DNA from: an uncultured delta proteobacterium
GTDB lineage: Bacteria > Desulfobacterota > Syntrophobacteria > BM002
Length of the DNA: 64,000 bases
Direction: 5' to 3'
NCBI GenBank assembly: GCA_963712115.1
Contig: CAVQGX010000002.1
Location: 1 to 64,000, forward strand
Positions within the stretch are counted from its first letter, which is position 1; each line of letters starts with the position of its first letter. Below are positions 20,455-31,629 of the stretch, piece by piece. The position numbers were made by a program, and so were the translations under genes. The notes beneath the pieces were generated by a model that was not told where the DNA came from, searched no databases, and was given only the letters and a program-made list of their open reading frames with translations.

Positions 20455-20630
20455 GATGTCCTCTCGCGACACCAATTCATCAAACATCCGGGCTAAGGAG
20501 GACTGAGATAATACTCTATTAAAGCCGATTTTGGCACAAAATGGTAAAAAATGTCAAAAATTTCTATTAATAAATGTTCTTTGACCAATTCCAACATCTT
20601 GTGGTAATCTCACCATAGTTATTGTTGGCA

Positions 20631-20646
20631 TGCTGATTTCGTGCCA
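20631..20646 (-). promoter_or_regulatory. Possible sigma-54 promoter for the kinase-cyclase unit
   Basis: Minus strand TGGCACGAAATCAGCA has GG-N10-GC spacing, but the -12 TT is replaced by CA. Confidence 0.35.
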
Positions 20647-20784
20647 ACGTCTGCTGATTTAGCCCGGATATTCCATGAATCACTTGCCGGAACATGATTA
20701 CTTTCGCTCAATAGTTTCAGAGTCCATCTCATGCCAGATCGGGTAGTACGGTTAGCCACTAATTAAGTAGTCTGTGCAACTAAG

Positions 20785-21666
20785 ATGGGGAGTCAAACTA
20801 TGCTGAATCTGCAAAAACTCACGATTGATCTTTGTGTCGAGGAACTAGGCAGGGCATACGAGCGAACCTACAGTCATATGGAGGAGCATCTCGGAAACAT
20901 CATCATGTGGTCAGGGCGACTCGCCCTCGAGAACATTGCCAATTCAGATGCTCTCTACCACAACGTAGAGCATACAGTGATGGTGACCTTGGCAGGCCAG
21001 TCGATTATAGAAGGAAGGCACTTGCTGGAGGGAGGGGTTGCTCCCAGAGACTGGATGAATTTCGTCATAGCACTTCTGTGTCACGATATTGGTTATGTGA
21101 GGGGAATATGCACGGGTGATAAGAACGGCACAATCGCCACGGGTATAGGCGATGAAACGGTAGAGATTCCCCCGGGGGCAAGCGATGCGGCGCTCTCGCC
21201 ATATCATGTCGACCGGAGCAAACTCTTCGTGCGTGAACGGTTCGGCAGAGGGCTACTAATGGGGATGGTATCGGAAATAGACGCAGAGTTAATTGCTTCA
21301 TATATAGAAATGACCCGCTTTCCTGTGCCCGACGACGATTGGTACAAGAACACCGAGGGATATCCGGGTCTGGTGCGAGCGGCGGACTTTGTCGGCCAAC
21401 TCGGGGATCCAAACCGGCCTCGCAAATCCCCGGCGCTGTTCTTCGAGTTTGAAGAAATCGGAGCCAACGAGAATCTCGGCTACCAGAGGCCCGGAGACCT
21501 GCACGACAACTATGCAAAATTTTACTGGGATGTGGTGAGCCCCTATATCCAGGAGGCTCTACGTTATCTTCGTGTAACTCAGGAGGGCAAACAGTGGATA
21601 GCCAATTTGTATGCCAATGTTTTCGGCTCTGAACATGGATGTCAGATCTACAGGACTTGCAGCTAG
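20785..21666 (+). CDS. HD-domain metal-dependent phosphohydrolase (putative cyclic-nucleotide phosphodiesterase)
   Basis: YHNVEH, CHDIGY, YHVDRS, ADFVGQ motifs. Confidence 0.8.
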   Translation: MGSQTMLNLQKLTIDLCVEELGRAYERTYSHMEEHLGNIIMWSGRLALENIANSDALYHNVEHTVMVTLAGQSIIEGRHLLEGGVAPRDWMNFVIALLCHDIGYVRGICTGDKNGTIATGIGDETVEIPPGASDAALSPYHVDRSKLFVRERFGRGLLMGMVSEIDAELIASYIEMTRFPVPDDDWYKNTEGYPGLVRAADFVGQLGDPNRPRKSPALFFEFEEIGANENLGYQRPGDLHDNYAKFYWDVVSPYIQEALRYLRVTQEGKQWIANLYANVFGSEHGCQIYRTCS

Positions 21667-21713
21667 CCTGCATTATTTGCGAATCTTCAGGGTTTCGCGA
21701 ATAATGCAGGCTA
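21664..21713. repeat. 50-bp palindrome with TAGCC...GGCTA ends (MITE-related)
   Basis: tagcctgcattatttgcga...tcgcgaataatgcaggcta; begins on the stop codon of the HD gene. Confidence 0.65.
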
Positions 21714-21795
21714 GAGAAGAGGCCATATCAGAAAAACCATAAATTAAGACTGGTTAACAATTCAGTCTTTGAATGCCTTGAATCTGTGACCTACC

Positions 21796-21865
21796 TGGAT
21801 CCCCGCCTACGCGGGGATGACGGGCGATTGCATACTGTCGCCATTCCCGCGAAAGCGGGAATCTA
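21796..21865. repeat. REP-like pair (ATCCCCGC..GCGGGGAT / ATTCCCGC..GCGGGAAT)
   Basis: Two GC hairpins in inverted arrangement. Confidence 0.6.
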
Positions 21866-22000
21866 GGGCATAAACAGACTTCTACTAAGAATTTCTTGGG
21901 GTACTTGCCAAAAAATAATGTTGTAGATATTTAATTTATCTGCTTAAAAAATATTGAACAGTCGCAGGTTTTGAGGCTAGGCGAGGATAGTCTGTCTATC

Positions 22001-23296
22001 ATGGCTGAAGGAAATCACGACGATACCCCGAAGAAAGTTCCCAGACCGCTCAAGAGGCTGATCGAAGCCCATCAGTCCCTGGCGGACATGGAGTCTCTTG
22101 ATGCATTATTGCCCGTGCTTCTGGACCTGGCCAGGAATGTAACCAACGCGGAAGCCGCGTCTATTATGCTCTACGATGAGAAACGAGAGGTTTTGCAATT
22201 CGCTGCGGCAAAGGACGAGGTTTTGGGCGAGAAAGCGAGGGAAGTCCTCAAAAAGGCAGTGGAACTCAGAAAGGGTGAAGGCATTGCCGGGTGGGTCGCC
22301 CAAAACAAACAGGCCATTAACATCGCAGATGCGCAAAAGGACCACAGGTTTTCCGGGAAAGCCGATGTAAAGACAGGCTTCATCACCCGCAACCTTCTCT
22401 GCGCTCCCTTGCTCTATGGCGATGACCTTATAGGGGTGATCAATGTGCTGAACTCAAAGGAAAAGCCATGCTTTGACGGCTTTGATGAATCTCTTTTGGA
22501 GTGTTTTGCGGACCTGGCCGGCACGGCCATAACCAGATCGAGATTTCTTGAACTACGTCTTCAACAGGAGAGGATGGAGGTTCAACTGGAGGCAGCAGCC
22601 AAGATACAGGCCCTTTTCTGGCCGAAACTACCGGATTTGGGCGTGGGGAGCAATGTTTGGGCGATGTCAACGCCAGCAACTTTTGTTGGAGGAGACCTTT
22701 ACGATGTCATTCGGATGGATGATGAAAGTTGGCTGATATATGTGGCAGATGTCTCCGATAAGGGTCTACCTGCTGCTCTGATCATGGCGGCATTGTCAAC
22801 AAAGATAAGGAGTGAGGCATTGTCGCGCCATGAGGTAGACAAACTCCTCGAGAACGTAAATAACGGTATATATGAGTTGACTGAAGAGGAAGGTTTCTTT
22901 GCCACCATAGTTCTAGGTAGATATTGGCCCAGCGACGGCAGAATGCAGTTTACCCTGGGAGGTCACTTGCCACCCCTGTGGGTGGTTGAAGGTAAATTGA
23001 GAGATGTGCCCGAAATAAAAGGGATGTCATTAGGGGTCAAACCAGATTCTGAGTATGAGAAAAAGGAGATTATTCTTTCTCCCGGAGAATCGATCCTCTT
23101 TCTGACCGACGGGGTCACTGAGGCAGAGAACGAGAGGGGTGAGTTGTTTGGTAGTGATCGTTTATTGAGCCATATCAAATCGGCAAGCGGGCCTCCCTAT
23201 GGTGGCGGGTTATTGGATGAGGTCAATCTTTGGCGAGGCACGGCCGAGGCAAACGACGACTTGACCATGCTTGAAATATGGCGTGAACCGAGGTGA
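22001..23296 (+). CDS. GAF + SpoIIE/PP2C phosphatase (RsbU-like)
   Basis: GEGIAGWVA..LLCAPL (GAF); VGGDLYD, ADVSDKG, TDGVTEA, DDLTM. Confidence 0.92.
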   Translation: MAEGNHDDTPKKVPRPLKRLIEAHQSLADMESLDALLPVLLDLARNVTNAEAASIMLYDEKREVLQFAAAKDEVLGEKAREVLKKAVELRKGEGIAGWVAQNKQAINIADAQKDHRFSGKADVKTGFITRNLLCAPLLYGDDLIGVINVLNSKEKPCFDGFDESLLECFADLAGTAITRSRFLELRLQQERMEVQLEAAAKIQALFWPKLPDLGVGSNVWAMSTPATFVGGDLYDVIRMDDESWLIYVADVSDKGLPAALIMAALSTKIRSEALSRHEVDKLLENVNNGIYELTEEEGFFATIVLGRYWPSDGRMQFTLGGHLPPLWVVEGKLRDVPEIKGMSLGVKPDSEYEKKEIILSPGESILFLTDGVTEAENERGELFGSDRLLSHIKSASGPPYGGGLLDEVNLWRGTAEANDDLTMLEIWREPR

Positions 23297-23679
23297 TAGG
23301 GAGATGAAACAGCGGGCAGCAGACAGCTGACAGCAGGCAGCCATTTCGACTAGGCACTAGGCACTATGCAGTAGGCACAGGGGGACGAAACGGGGAAACG
23401 GAGAGACGGGCGAGACGTTTCATCGTTCATTTGCCTTCGGCGTCATTTGGTCATTACGCTGCGCTGTCATTTGTTGTAAGAGGTAGAAGCCAGAATTCAG
23501 CTAGCATAGGGCATAGAGTAAGAGGTCAGAAGTCGGAGGTCAGAGGTCAGACGACAGAGGGCAGAAGGTCGGAGGAAGGAAGTTTATGGATTTTTGTTGA
23601 TAAATAGTGCATATAATTTACTTCAGTAGAATTAGCTCTTGACAGTTGGATTCTAAGGGGCCCGGGAGAACGTGAACTA

Positions 23680-24387
23680 ATGAAAACTGCTGCGGTAACC
23701 CATGTGGGACTAGTTAAAGAGCAAAATCAAGATCGATTCTTAATCAAAGAGTTTTCAGGCGACTCCGTTCTTATCGCCGTGGCTGATGGTGCCGGTGGAA
23801 CGCCGGCCGGCCAAGAAGCCTCTAGAGTGGTTATCGAGAGAATAAATGATTTCCAGCCGGATTCACAAACTCCTGAGGCCAGTCTTGTCAGATTGATGCA
23901 AGAGGCTGATCAGAAGATATGCGGGGTAGTGGAAAAGGAACCTGATTTGAAGGGCATGGGCAGTACATTGACCGCTGCCTTTGTAAGAGGAGAAGCCGTA
24001 TTCTGGGCACATGTGGGAGACAGCAGGCTCTACCTATTCCGAGGCGACGAGCTCACTCAAATAACCGAGGATGACACTATGGCAGGCTTTCTCCTGACAG
24101 AGGGGGAGATTACCAGGGAGGAGGCAAGGGTTCATCCAGGGAGAAACTTTCTTTTTGACTTCATTGGCAGTGGTGAATTTGAAGAGGAAACAGGATCTTT
24201 TACCTTACGCAAGGGTGATCTTCTCCTCCTCACCACGGACGGGCTGCACGATAGAGTGCCGGAAGAAAACTTGGTGTCCATTCTTCGTTCAAATGGTGAG
24301 CTCGACAAAAAGCTCCACGCCCTCATCTCAACTGCTCTAGGAATGAGCGGAAAAGATGATCTAACAGTGGTGGGAGTGGAGGTCTGA
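23680..24387 (+). CDS. Stp1/PrpC-type PP2C Ser/Thr phosphatase
   Basis: THVGLVKEQNQD, VADGAGG, GMGSTL, HVGDSRLY, TDGL, DDLTVV. Confidence 0.92.
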   Translation: MKTAAVTHVGLVKEQNQDRFLIKEFSGDSVLIAVADGAGGTPAGQEASRVVIERINDFQPDSQTPEASLVRLMQEADQKICGVVEKEPDLKGMGSTLTAAFVRGEAVFWAHVGDSRLYLFRGDELTQITEDDTMAGFLLTEGEITREEARVHPGRNFLFDFIGSGEFEEETGSFTLRKGDLLLLTTDGLHDRVPEENLVSILRSNGELDKKLHALISTALGMSGKDDLTVVGVEV

Positions 24388-24810
24388 AGACACTAGGCAC
24401 TAGGCAGTAAGCACTAAGCACTATAACTCGGAACTGGGAATGGGGATTGCGGATTTGAGAAGGCATAGGGCATAGAGCATGGGGCATAGAGTCCAAGTTC
24501 CAAGCTTTAATGTTCCAAAGTTTCAAGTATGAAAATGCGCCTTAAATTGGTCAATGAAACTTTGAACCTTGAACTTGTTTCGAACTTTGATACTCAGATC
24601 GGGCGGCTAGTTGCCGCGCTCTGATTTCCGAGCTTAAGTCGCGGGGCTGCTAGCTAAACATTGCCTCCAACCTCAAGCGAAGCGCTCCTCTTACTTGCAA
24701 CAGCTTTACTTCATGCCTGACGCTAACCAGGTTGAACGAAATAGCCGAATCGTGTTACTATGCCTCGGCCTTTAGACACCAAACTGGCCAAACTAAAGAT
24801 AAGAGGAAAT

Positions 24811-25137
24811 ATGTTCAGCTTAGGTGTTCCTGAACTCCTGGTAATTTTAGTCATCGTTCTCCTAATATTCGGTGCCAAGCGCTTGCCTGAAATCGGCAAA
24901 GCCTTTGGTAAGAGCGTAAGAGAACTGAAAGACGCCACCGGCGGCAATAAGGACGAAATTTCCAGCTGGATAAAAGACGATAAACAAAAATCCTCACCTG
25001 GATCAGACAGCAGTGAGAGCAAAAAGGACTTTATTCAGGAGAAGGTAGAAGATATCCCCGGAGTCAAAGAAGCCAAGGAAATAAAAGAGACCGCCAATAA
25101 GATAAAGGCGGCCAGTAAATTTTTCCTCAAGAAGTAG
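24811..25137 (+). CDS. tatA: Twin-arginine translocase TatA/TatE
   Basis: MFSLGVPELLVILVIVLLIFGAKRLPEIGKAFGKSVRELK. Confidence 0.9.
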   Translation: MFSLGVPELLVILVIVLLIFGAKRLPEIGKAFGKSVRELKDATGGNKDEISSWIKDDKQKSSPGSDSSESKKDFIQEKVEDIPGVKEAKEIKETANKIKAASKFFLKK

Positions 25138-25322
25138 CAGGAATTCCCGCTTCGACGTCCCACCCCATTCCGCAATCCTAATCCGAAATTATCAAAGTGC
25201 CTAGTGCATAGTCCCTAGTGTCTAGTTGAGGCCGCTGCCCGCTGCTTCCTGTCTGCTGGCTCCTGGATACTGTCTCCTGTCTCCTGTCTACTGATTGAAA
25301 TGTGAATAAACCTTGAAAGTTT

Positions 25323-25551
25323 TAGCCCGAATATTTCGCGAATTGCCTGCTGCGACCACGGATATGATTGTCCTTCCGGGCGTCCTCGGGTATCGGACCC
25401 TGCAACGTACTGTTCAAGTACGTCTCGGATCCAATCCCCAGCGGTTGCCCGGTGGCCCGCCCGCCTCGCCTGAGCGAGCAGGCTCGCGATGGCGGGCAGG
25501 CACAGCCATCTCCATGGTCTCGCGACAGCAATTCGTGAAATATCCGGGCTT
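25323..25551 (+). mobile_element. MITE copy 3 with nested 45-bp palindromic insert
   Basis: TAGCCCGAATATTTC...GAAATATCCGGGCT termini; extra segment at 25456-25500. Confidence 0.78.
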
Positions 25552-25639
25552 GAAGATAATATTTGATAAAATTTGGCCTTCATGCTATTTATCAGCCGAT
25601 TTAGGCTTTACGGTTCAATCAAATATGAAGGGAGTTTAG

Positions 25640-26674
<1,035 letters not shown>

Positions 26675-26743
26675 CCTAGCTAGCACGAAGCAAGACAGGA
26701 GTGTGCGTGGAGACAGTGCAAGACTCCGCGTCGAGAAACCAAG

Positions 26744-27601
26744 GTGCCGGTGACCAGTCAAGCACGGAAATTCATTATTCCCATCCTTATTTTTCTTCTC
26801 GCTCTTAGCCTCATTTCCGCCAATCTCCATAGCCGTGAGAACATGAGCTTTTTTGAATCGCTGGTGGTGGGAATCACTTCACCAGTGCAGAAGGCGGTTT
26901 GGGGGATCATTGGGGGAGTTGGCAGTCTTTGGCGAGGCTATTTCTATCTAGTGGGGCTAGAGCAGGAAAACCAGGATTTAAAGAGAGAACTGCAAGAATT
27001 AAAGCTCCAAATGAACCGTTATCGTGAGGCTGATCTCGCTAATGAACGGTTGCGAGCCCTACTAAACTTTAAGAAATCCATTGCTACGCCTTTGCTGCCC
27101 GCACAGCTGGTGGCCTTTGACCCTTCAGGCTGGTTTCAGACAATTCTGATTGACAAAGGCAGAAATGATGGGGTGGTGCAGGATATGGCAGTGGTAAGTT
27201 CCGAGGGGCTGGTGGGAAGAGTGATTGGGGTGGGCAATCACCATTCCAAGGTGCTGTTGATCCTGGATGGCAACAGTGCGGTGGACGCCTACATCCAACG
27301 CTCAAGGGCTCGTGGTGTGTTAGTGGGTTTGGGACTGGAACTCTGCCTTCTCAAATATGTGCAGAGAAATGAAGACGTTCAGGTGGGCGACCAGGTAATA
27401 TCTTCGGGAATGGGCGGAGTATTTCCAAAGGGGCTTCTAGTGGGTACAGTCCAGGAGGTGGTGCGCGGCAGCTCCGGCCTCTTTCAGAGGGTGGAAGTGG
27501 AGCCCGCCGTGAACTTTAGCAGGCTGGAGGAAGTGCTGGTAGTCATAAAGACCCCGCCCGAAAAGCCTGCCATGTCAGGCTCACAGAAACGACTGGAGTA
27601 A
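26744..27601 (+). CDS. mreC: Rod shape-determining protein MreC
   Basis: ENQDLK..ANERLRALL, IDKGRNDGV, SGMGGVFPKGL; operon order. Confidence 0.95.
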   Translation: MPVTSQARKFIIPILIFLLALSLISANLHSRENMSFFESLVVGITSPVQKAVWGIIGGVGSLWRGYFYLVGLEQENQDLKRELQELKLQMNRYREADLANERLRALLNFKKSIATPLLPAQLVAFDPSGWFQTILIDKGRNDGVVQDMAVVSSEGLVGRVIGVGNHHSKVLLILDGNSAVDAYIQRSRARGVLVGLGLELCLLKYVQRNEDVQVGDQVISSGMGGVFPKGLLVGTVQEVVRGSSGLFQRVEVEPAVNFSRLEEVLVVIKTPPEKPAMSGSQKRLE

Positions 27602-28119
27602 TGCGTACCTTCATACTATATCTGCTATTGGCCCTTGGGGCCTTCCTTTGCCAGACAGTTCTCTACCCGGCATTCCTCATGCCGGAACTACGGATAGATT
27701 TATTCCTTGTACTGCTGCTCCATTTCAGTTTCTTTTACGAAAGATCCAAGGCCCTGATACTGGCACTTTTTCTCGGCTTGATCATGGATGTAGGCTTGCC
27801 CCTGCGGGGCTGCTTCTATCCGCTGATCTATCTTAGCATTGCCTTGTTGGCATCGATGCTCCGGCAGAACCTAAACCTCCACAGTAGAAGGTATCAGGCA
27901 TTTTTTCTAGGCCTCTGTGCCCTGATTGAGGGTGTGGGAGTAAGGACAATCTTGGGCTTGCAAGATGCCGGCTTTGCCGAAGCAGGTTATTTCCTGAGGT
28001 TGCTGGCTTGGCGAACCATAATTACCGCGCTGGTCGGCCCGCTACTGCTGGCGGGGTTGGAGAGAGTTGACCGTTACCTTTCTGCCTTCATAGTCCATCG
28101 GGAGTCCCAGGAAGCATGA
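27601..28119 (+). CDS. mreD: Rod shape-determining protein MreD
   Basis: Hydrophobic protein with DL and GLIMD motifs, between mreC and mrdA. Confidence 0.85.
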   Translation: MRTFILYLLLALGAFLCQTVLYPAFLMPELRIDLFLVLLLHFSFFYERSKALILALFLGLIMDVGLPLRGCFYPLIYLSIALLASMLRQNLNLHSRRYQAFFLGLCALIEGVGVRTILGLQDAGFAEAGYFLRLLAWRTIITALVGPLLLAGLERVDRYLSAFIVHRESQEA

Positions 28120-30023
28120 TAGGACCGTTAAATACATCATCTGTAAATGGAGAACGATTGCGCTTCCAGGTGGTGATATACCTGGTGGTTTCCATCTTCG
28201 TTGTGTTGCTTTTGCGGCTCTGGTTCCTGCAAATAATTCGGGGCGAATCCTACCGCAATCTCTCAGAGAACAACCGGATTCGCTTGGAGGATATTCCCCC
28301 AACTCGTGGCATTATCTACGATCGCCACGGACGAATTTTGGTCGACAACCGGCCGGCATTCAAATTGGCCCTGGTGCCTGCTGATGTAAGTGATCTGAAA
28401 CTGACCCTGGGCAAACTGGGTCGAATTCTAAAAGTTGAGAAGCCCCAGTTAGAAGAGAAAGTAAAAAGCGCCCCCAGAGGCGCGCCATTTCGTCCAATAC
28501 TTCTCAGTCGGGACATGAACCGTGATCAGGTTGCGGCAGTGGAAACCCATCGATTCAATCTCCCCGGCGTGATGGTACAGATCGAACCGAGGCGGAGCTA
28601 CGAAATGCCGTCTTTTGCAGCCCACCTTATAGGCTATCTGGGCGAGATCGAGGAAGCCCAATTGAAGGAAAGGCGGCACCTGGGCTACAAACTCGGAGAT
28701 TATTTGGGGAAATACGGCGTGGAGATGGAATGGGAGGCGGATCTCAAGGGTTTGCGGGGTGGCAGACAGATCGAGGCAGACGCAGCAGGACGCCAGCTTA
28801 GTATTTTGCGAGAAGTTGCCTCACAACCTGGACACAATCTGATCCTTACTTTGGACACCCAATTGCAGCTCCGGGCAGAGAATGCTCTGAAGGGCAAGGC
28901 AGGTGCCATTGTCGCTATGGACCCTACTACAGGAGACATTCTGGCAATGGCCAGCAGCCCTGCCTTCGATCAGAACCAATTTGTCCGAGGATTCACGCCC
29001 AGTGAATGGCAGGCAATTGTGGACAATCCTCTCCATCCCCTGGAGAACAAGGCCATTCAAGGACAATACCCACTTGGTTCGACTTTCAAGCCGGTGGTGG
29101 CGACAGCGGCCTTGGCCGAGGGATTAGTTGATCCCCAGACCACCTTTAGTTGCAGTGGCGAGTATCAGTTAGGCAATCAAGTCTATCGATGTTGGAAGAA
29201 GCGGGGCCATGGACAAATCGCCCTATATCAGGCTTTGGTTCAGTCCTGTGATGTCTACTTTTATCAGTTGGGGCAGAAACTTGGGATTGATCTCATGTCC
29301 GCTTACGCCCAACGTTATAGACTTGGAAGTCGAACTCTTGTTCGACTGAACAATGAGGCGGGGGGATTGGTACCAACTGCCCAATGGAAAATGCGCCGTT
29401 TCGGCGTTCCCTGGCAGAAGGGTGAGGATCTGGTTACGGCCATTGGCCAGGGCTTCTTGCTAGCCACTCCAATACAAATGGCTGTTTTCTATGGTGCCAT
29501 TGCCAACGGAGGCAAATTCCTGAGGCCAAGGGTGGTTTTGCGAGTTGAAGACCCCGATGGTGGAGTTGTCAAGAACGTGAGCCCTGAGATTCTGGGCAAG
29601 CTCAATCTGAGCCCGGACACCATCTCCTTTATACAAAACGCTCTGGAAGGTGCGGTCAATGAGCCCAACGGTACGGGGCGGGCTGCTCAGATGCGTGGCA
29701 GATTGCGGTCCATAAAGGTTGCCGGCAAGACCGGCACAGCTCAAGTGGTGCGGGCACCCGAGGACGAGGAAGAGGAGCGGGATGAAAGCCAGACCCCTTA
29801 TGAGTATCGCGATCACGCCTGGTTCGTCGCCTATGCTCCGACTGAGGCAGCGGAAATTTTGGTTGTGGTATTAGTGGAACACGGCGGCCATGGTGGTACT
29901 GCAGCGGCACCCCTGGCCCGCGAGGTGATGGAGGAATATTTCAAAAACAGACCTCCGGTGCAGGAAGCACAGGATGAAGCTGGCAGCTGGAACGGGCAGC
30001 TGGCAGGAGAGACTAGGCACTAA
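28116..30023 (+). CDS. mrdA: Penicillin-binding protein 2
   Basis: RGIIYDRHG, GSTFK (SxxK), SCDVYFY, KTGTAQ. Confidence 0.96.
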   Translation: MIGPLNTSSVNGERLRFQVVIYLVVSIFVVLLLRLWFLQIIRGESYRNLSENNRIRLEDIPPTRGIIYDRHGRILVDNRPAFKLALVPADVSDLKLTLGKLGRILKVEKPQLEEKVKSAPRGAPFRPILLSRDMNRDQVAAVETHRFNLPGVMVQIEPRRSYEMPSFAAHLIGYLGEIEEAQLKERRHLGYKLGDYLGKYGVEMEWEADLKGLRGGRQIEADAAGRQLSILREVASQPGHNLILTLDTQLQLRAENALKGKAGAIVAMDPTTGDILAMASSPAFDQNQFVRGFTPSEWQAIVDNPLHPLENKAIQGQYPLGSTFKPVVATAALAEGLVDPQTTFSCSGEYQLGNQVYRCWKKRGHGQIALYQALVQSCDVYFYQLGQKLGIDLMSAYAQRYRLGSRTLVRLNNEAGGLVPTAQWKMRRFGVPWQKGEDLVTAIGQGFLLATPIQMAVFYGAIANGGKFLRPRVVLRVEDPDGGVVKNVSPEILGKLNLSPDTISFIQNALEGAVNEPNGTGRAAQMRGRLRSIKVAGKTGTAQVVRAPEDEEEERDESQTPYEYRDHAWFVAYAPTEAAEILVVVLVEHGGHGGTAAAPLAREVMEEYFKNRPPVQEAQDEAGSWNGQLAGETRH

Positions 30024-30262
30024 GCACTGGAAACTAGGCACAAGTGCCAAGAAGCAGAGGTCTAGGTCGGGATTAGCGAGACGAGATTTTCAGCTAGCAG
30101 CGGAGCAACTGGAGCTGGCAGAAACACATATCCAGCACCAGCATCAATGCTCCATGCCGGAGCTGACCGCTGAAGCTGCTAAACCTGGCTAACCTGAATT
30201 CTGATCTCTGCTCCTAACTCTACAGGCTACCACTACACGCTTACCTGCGACTTTAATGACCA

Positions 30263-31366
30263 ATGATAGATAGACGCCTCATACAAAACTTCGATTGGCT
30301 TCTGTTGCTTCTGACTTTCGCCATAATGACAGTGGGTCTGGCAACTCTTTACAGCGCTATGTTCTCGGGAGGTGAAGTGCACAGCGCCGTGGTCAAGCGG
30401 CAGCTTTACTGGCTGGGGACTGGGGCACTGGTGATGATTTTAGCTTTCAGTATAGACTACCAGTGGTACGAGCGATTTGCTTACCCGGCCTATGTGATTG
30501 GCTTGCTCCTGCTCTTGGCAGTGCTAATCTTTGGCAAGACCGTGTCCGGTTCCAAACGGTGGCTCGACCTTGGACTAGTGGTTGCTCAACCCTCTGAAGT
30601 GATGAAGCCTCTTCTGGTGATAGGTTTGGCTCGCTTTTTTGCCAGACAGGAAAAACGGGGGGGCTACAGGCTGCGTGAGCTTTGGCTGCCGGCACTTATA
30701 GTTCTTCTGCCCGTGGCCTTGATCGCCATGGAGCCGGATCTGGGAACTGCCGCTCTGCTGCTCGCAATTTCAGTGTCGGTGATTTTTTTCGTAGGAGTGA
30801 ATCCTTCCTCACTTATGGTTCTTGGGGGATTTGCTCTTGGGTGTCTTCCCCTCTTTTGGTTTCTGATGAAAGGTTATCAGAGGCAGAGAATTTTGACCCT
30901 GCTGGATCCCGGTAGAGATCCTTTGGGGGCCGGCTACCACATAATTCAATCGAAGATTGCCGTTGGCTCAGGTAAGTTTTGGGGTAAAGGCTTCCTCCAG
31001 GGAACCCAGGGTCAGCTCCGTTTTATTCCAGAACACCACACCGATTTCATTTTCACCGTTTTGGCAGAGGAGTGGGGTTTCATTGGTAGCATGCTGCTCC
31101 TGGCTCTTTTCCTCTGCTTTCTCTTACGGGGTTTGAATGTGGCCCGTCGCTCCAGAGATCAATTCGGTACTCTCCTTGCTTTAGGAACCACTGCCATTGT
31201 CTTCTGGCATGTGGCGATTAACGTGGCCATGGTTCTGGGAATGTTGCCGGTGGTGGGCATTCCCCTTCCTCTGGTGAGCTATGGTGGATCGTCGGCAGTG
31301 GTGACCCTGGCGAGTGTAGGCATTTTACTCAATGTGGCCATGCGCAAGTTCGTCTTTCAGAAATAA
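30263..31366 (+). CDS. rodA: Rod shape-determining protein RodA
   Basis: QPSE, PDLGTA, QSKIAVGSG, HTDFIF, SYGGSS. Confidence 0.96.
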   Translation: MIDRRLIQNFDWLLLLLTFAIMTVGLATLYSAMFSGGEVHSAVVKRQLYWLGTGALVMILAFSIDYQWYERFAYPAYVIGLLLLLAVLIFGKTVSGSKRWLDLGLVVAQPSEVMKPLLVIGLARFFARQEKRGGYRLRELWLPALIVLLPVALIAMEPDLGTAALLLAISVSVIFFVGVNPSSLMVLGGFALGCLPLFWFLMKGYQRQRILTLLDPGRDPLGAGYHIIQSKIAVGSGKFWGKGFLQGTQGQLRFIPEHHTDFIFTVLAEEWGFIGSMLLLALFLCFLLRGLNVARRSRDQFGTLLALGTTAIVFWHVAINVAMVLGMLPVVGIPLPLVSYGGSSAVVTLASVGILLNVAMRKFVFQK

Positions 31367-31629
31367 GTGAGTGTTTCCTTGATCTTGCAGGATATTGTGA
31401 TTTTTTTTACTTTTTTTCCTTGCAATGGATAATTTTGTGTGCTAATAAAATCTGCCGAGCAGATACAGTAGATACAAAGGGATTGCCACACCAAATTTCG
31501 TACCAGAATTACTCTTTACGACTAAAGTCTTCTTTGAACAATTTAGGGGAATGGTGGTTTTGGAAAGGGCTGGGGTGCTTGATATTGGACAGCGCCCAAC
31601 CCTGAGAAGGATTCTTCAAGGAACTGAGA

